Shown in pieces: positions 61,860 through 64,000 of a stretch of DNA of 64,000 nt. Position numbers and translations under genes: made by a program. A model generated the notes under the pieces. It worked only from the letters and a program-made list of their open reading frames with translations, had not been told where the DNA came from and did not search any database. This stretch comes from Lama glama (taxonomy: Eukaryota): assembly GCA_028534125.1 (NCBI GenBank), contig CM052816.1, positions 7,752,001 to 7,816,000 on the forward strand. Reading direction: 5' to 3'. How positions within the stretch are numbered: the stretch's first letter is position 1; every line of letters starts with the position of its first letter.

Positions 61860-64000
61860 ATCAGGACTTTCACTTCTGGTAATAGCAAACTAGATAATTT
61901 TGATCAATCTTCTTATTGAGGACAACTAGAAAAAATTAGACCAAAATTAAAAATCTGTTCAAAGGCACTAAGAAGTAACAAAATAATGTAGAATTATCAG
62001 GTTAAGATCTGGGAGAAGACAGAAATCCAGGGAGGTGAGACGGCACTGAAACAGCATTTCCCTTAGTGGAGGATGGAGACTTAGCAGTGTTCCTGGCAGA
62101 CTCAGTGTTATAAGACTACCAAGACCGAGAAGGTAAAACCCCTGCGTTTTGAGTCTGGGCTCCAAAGGGCACTCTTAGTTCAAGAGTGAACTAGAGCTGT
62201 ACCAGTCCCAGAGACTGCAGCCCAGCTCTGAATCATCACAGTCCCTGAGACTGAATTAAGTTGTTCCAAACCTCCAGGCGCCTGGCAGAAGCACACTTAC
62301 ATCCTCTCTAGAGGAGATTACATCATAATTCAGACTGTTATTCAAATTTCAAAGTTTTAATTCACATGTAATGTCCGATCATAACCAAAGATAAGCAACA
62401 GTGAATAAAAGGCAAAATGACAAGAATGGAACCTTCAGAAACAACAGACAATAGAAAAAGATTTAAAAGGAGTTGTCAGACAGACATGCACTTTGAGTAA
62501 CCTTGATTACTATGTTCGAGAAGAAAAAGAAACCCAAGACTGGGAATTTTGACAGAGAACTGGAAACTGTAAGAATACAACAGATTTTTTTAAAAAGAAC
62601 TAAATAGAAATCCTAGAACTGAAGAATATAATAACTGAAATTAAAAATTCAATGAATGTGATTAACAGTAGATGAAACATACCTGAAAAAAGAATTACTG
62701 AACCGGAGGATAGATCATAGAGAAAAAAACAAAACAAAACAGAATAAAGCAGATAGAAGTAAAAGGTTGGAAAATACAGAAAAGTAAATAACGGGGCATA
62801 GAGGAAACAGTGACATGACAAAACATGCCTGCAATTGGAGTCCTAGAAAGAGAGCAGAGAGAAAGGGTCAGAAACAACATTAGAACAAGAAATAGCTGAG
62901 AATTTTCCAAAGCTGATGGAAAGATATCAGTTCACAAACTAAAGAAGCCCTATGAAATCCTAGTGAGATAAATAAAATGAAATCCGTAGTTAGGTGCATT
63001 ATACTAAATCTGCTGAAAACCAAAGATATAGAGGAAAAAAAAAAAAGATTATCTTCAAATGAAACCCAATTAGCCTGACAGCTAATTTCTCAACAGAAAC
63101 AGTGGACTCTAGAAAACAGAAGAGTACCTTTAAAGTGAACAAAAACAACTGATGAATTAAGGTAAAATAAATTTTCAGATGAAAATACAGAACTAAATAT
63201 TCAATAACAATAAATAAACAGCAGAAGAAACAGAATTAAAGTGTTCTCATTTTCTGGCATTGTCTTGGAAAGGGTAAAAGAACCAAATAACATTGGACTT
63301 TGTTACATCAAGGATGTATATTGTCATCTCTAGCCATTTAAAAGTAGTAAAAGTGTATATAACTTCCAGAGAAAAAAAGAAAGGGAAGAAAAATAGAATA
63401 AGTGGGTCAAATTGAAAGCACATAAAGAGACAGCAGATTTAAACCCAAACTAACAAAAACTGTCAGAGTATAGATAAAAATGAAAACAAAGTATAAATAT
63501 ATATATTTTTCAAGAGACACATGGGGATTCAGAAATGTTGAAAGTAAAAGGAACCAAAGAAATACCATTTACTGTGAACTTTGTAAGCTAAGAGAGCTGG
63601 TCTTACTCTCAGATAAAGTAGACTTTTAGGCAAAAATTTAACTAGAGATACCAAAAGATAAAATGATTTTTAACTTTTATCTATCTAATCTCAGGATGGT
63701 AAGAAGAAACAGACAAATCTATAATTATGGTGGTAGAGTTCAACACATCTCTCTCAAATACTGATGAAACAAAAAGATTTTTAGAAATCAGCTAAGGACA
63801 TAGATTTCTTAAACTAAAACTTTTCTACAGTATATGATTTCAAATAGAAAAGTACCAAAACTAGTGAAACATAAAAAGTTAACATTTAAATGATTTCCTC
63901 TCTGAATAACTGCATGTTCATTGAATGGTATGAGAGGAAAATAACTTTGATGATAATTACACGAGAATAAAGGGAAACACAACAGATTGCATTTAAAAAG
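61860..64000 (+). mobile_element. very old L1 (L1M) 5' region, ORF1 and start of ORF2 remnants
   Basis: gaaatcctagaactgaagaatatataactgaaattaaaaattcaatg and gaaatagctgagaattttccaaagctgatg are L1 ORF1 hallmarks. Confidence 0.75.

Noticed and set aside
1..64000. CRISPR arrays, rRNA, prokaryotic operons, intact L1 or ERV
   Set aside because: None seen. This is mammalian DNA and all transposon ORFs are fragmented.

Overview
Repeat-rich mammalian genomic DNA, probably camelid because it carries a vic-1-like tRNA-Ala SINE, with two 500-N assembly gaps. The only clearly intact cellular gene is the SMIM3 coding exon (minus strand, 54475-54657). The left third holds a decayed, tandemly duplicated butyrophilin-like locus on the plus strand: two IgC exons, a TM exon, a B30.2/PRY-SPRY exon and a candidate leader exon. 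There are two processed retrocopies: UQCRQ (full-length ORF, nested in an L1) and FUS. In the FUS copy the canonical frame is broken, but the overlapping altFUS frame is open and extended to 295 codons. Other notable events are an L1 3' transduction carrying an exon-like 74-nt segment, a twin-primed 5'-inverted L1, and a double fold-back insertion inside an L1. The rest is mostly L1, L2, MIR, MaLR/ERV LTR and hAT fossils. Gene and repeat assignments come from recalled sequences, not database searches, and repeat boundaries are approximate.
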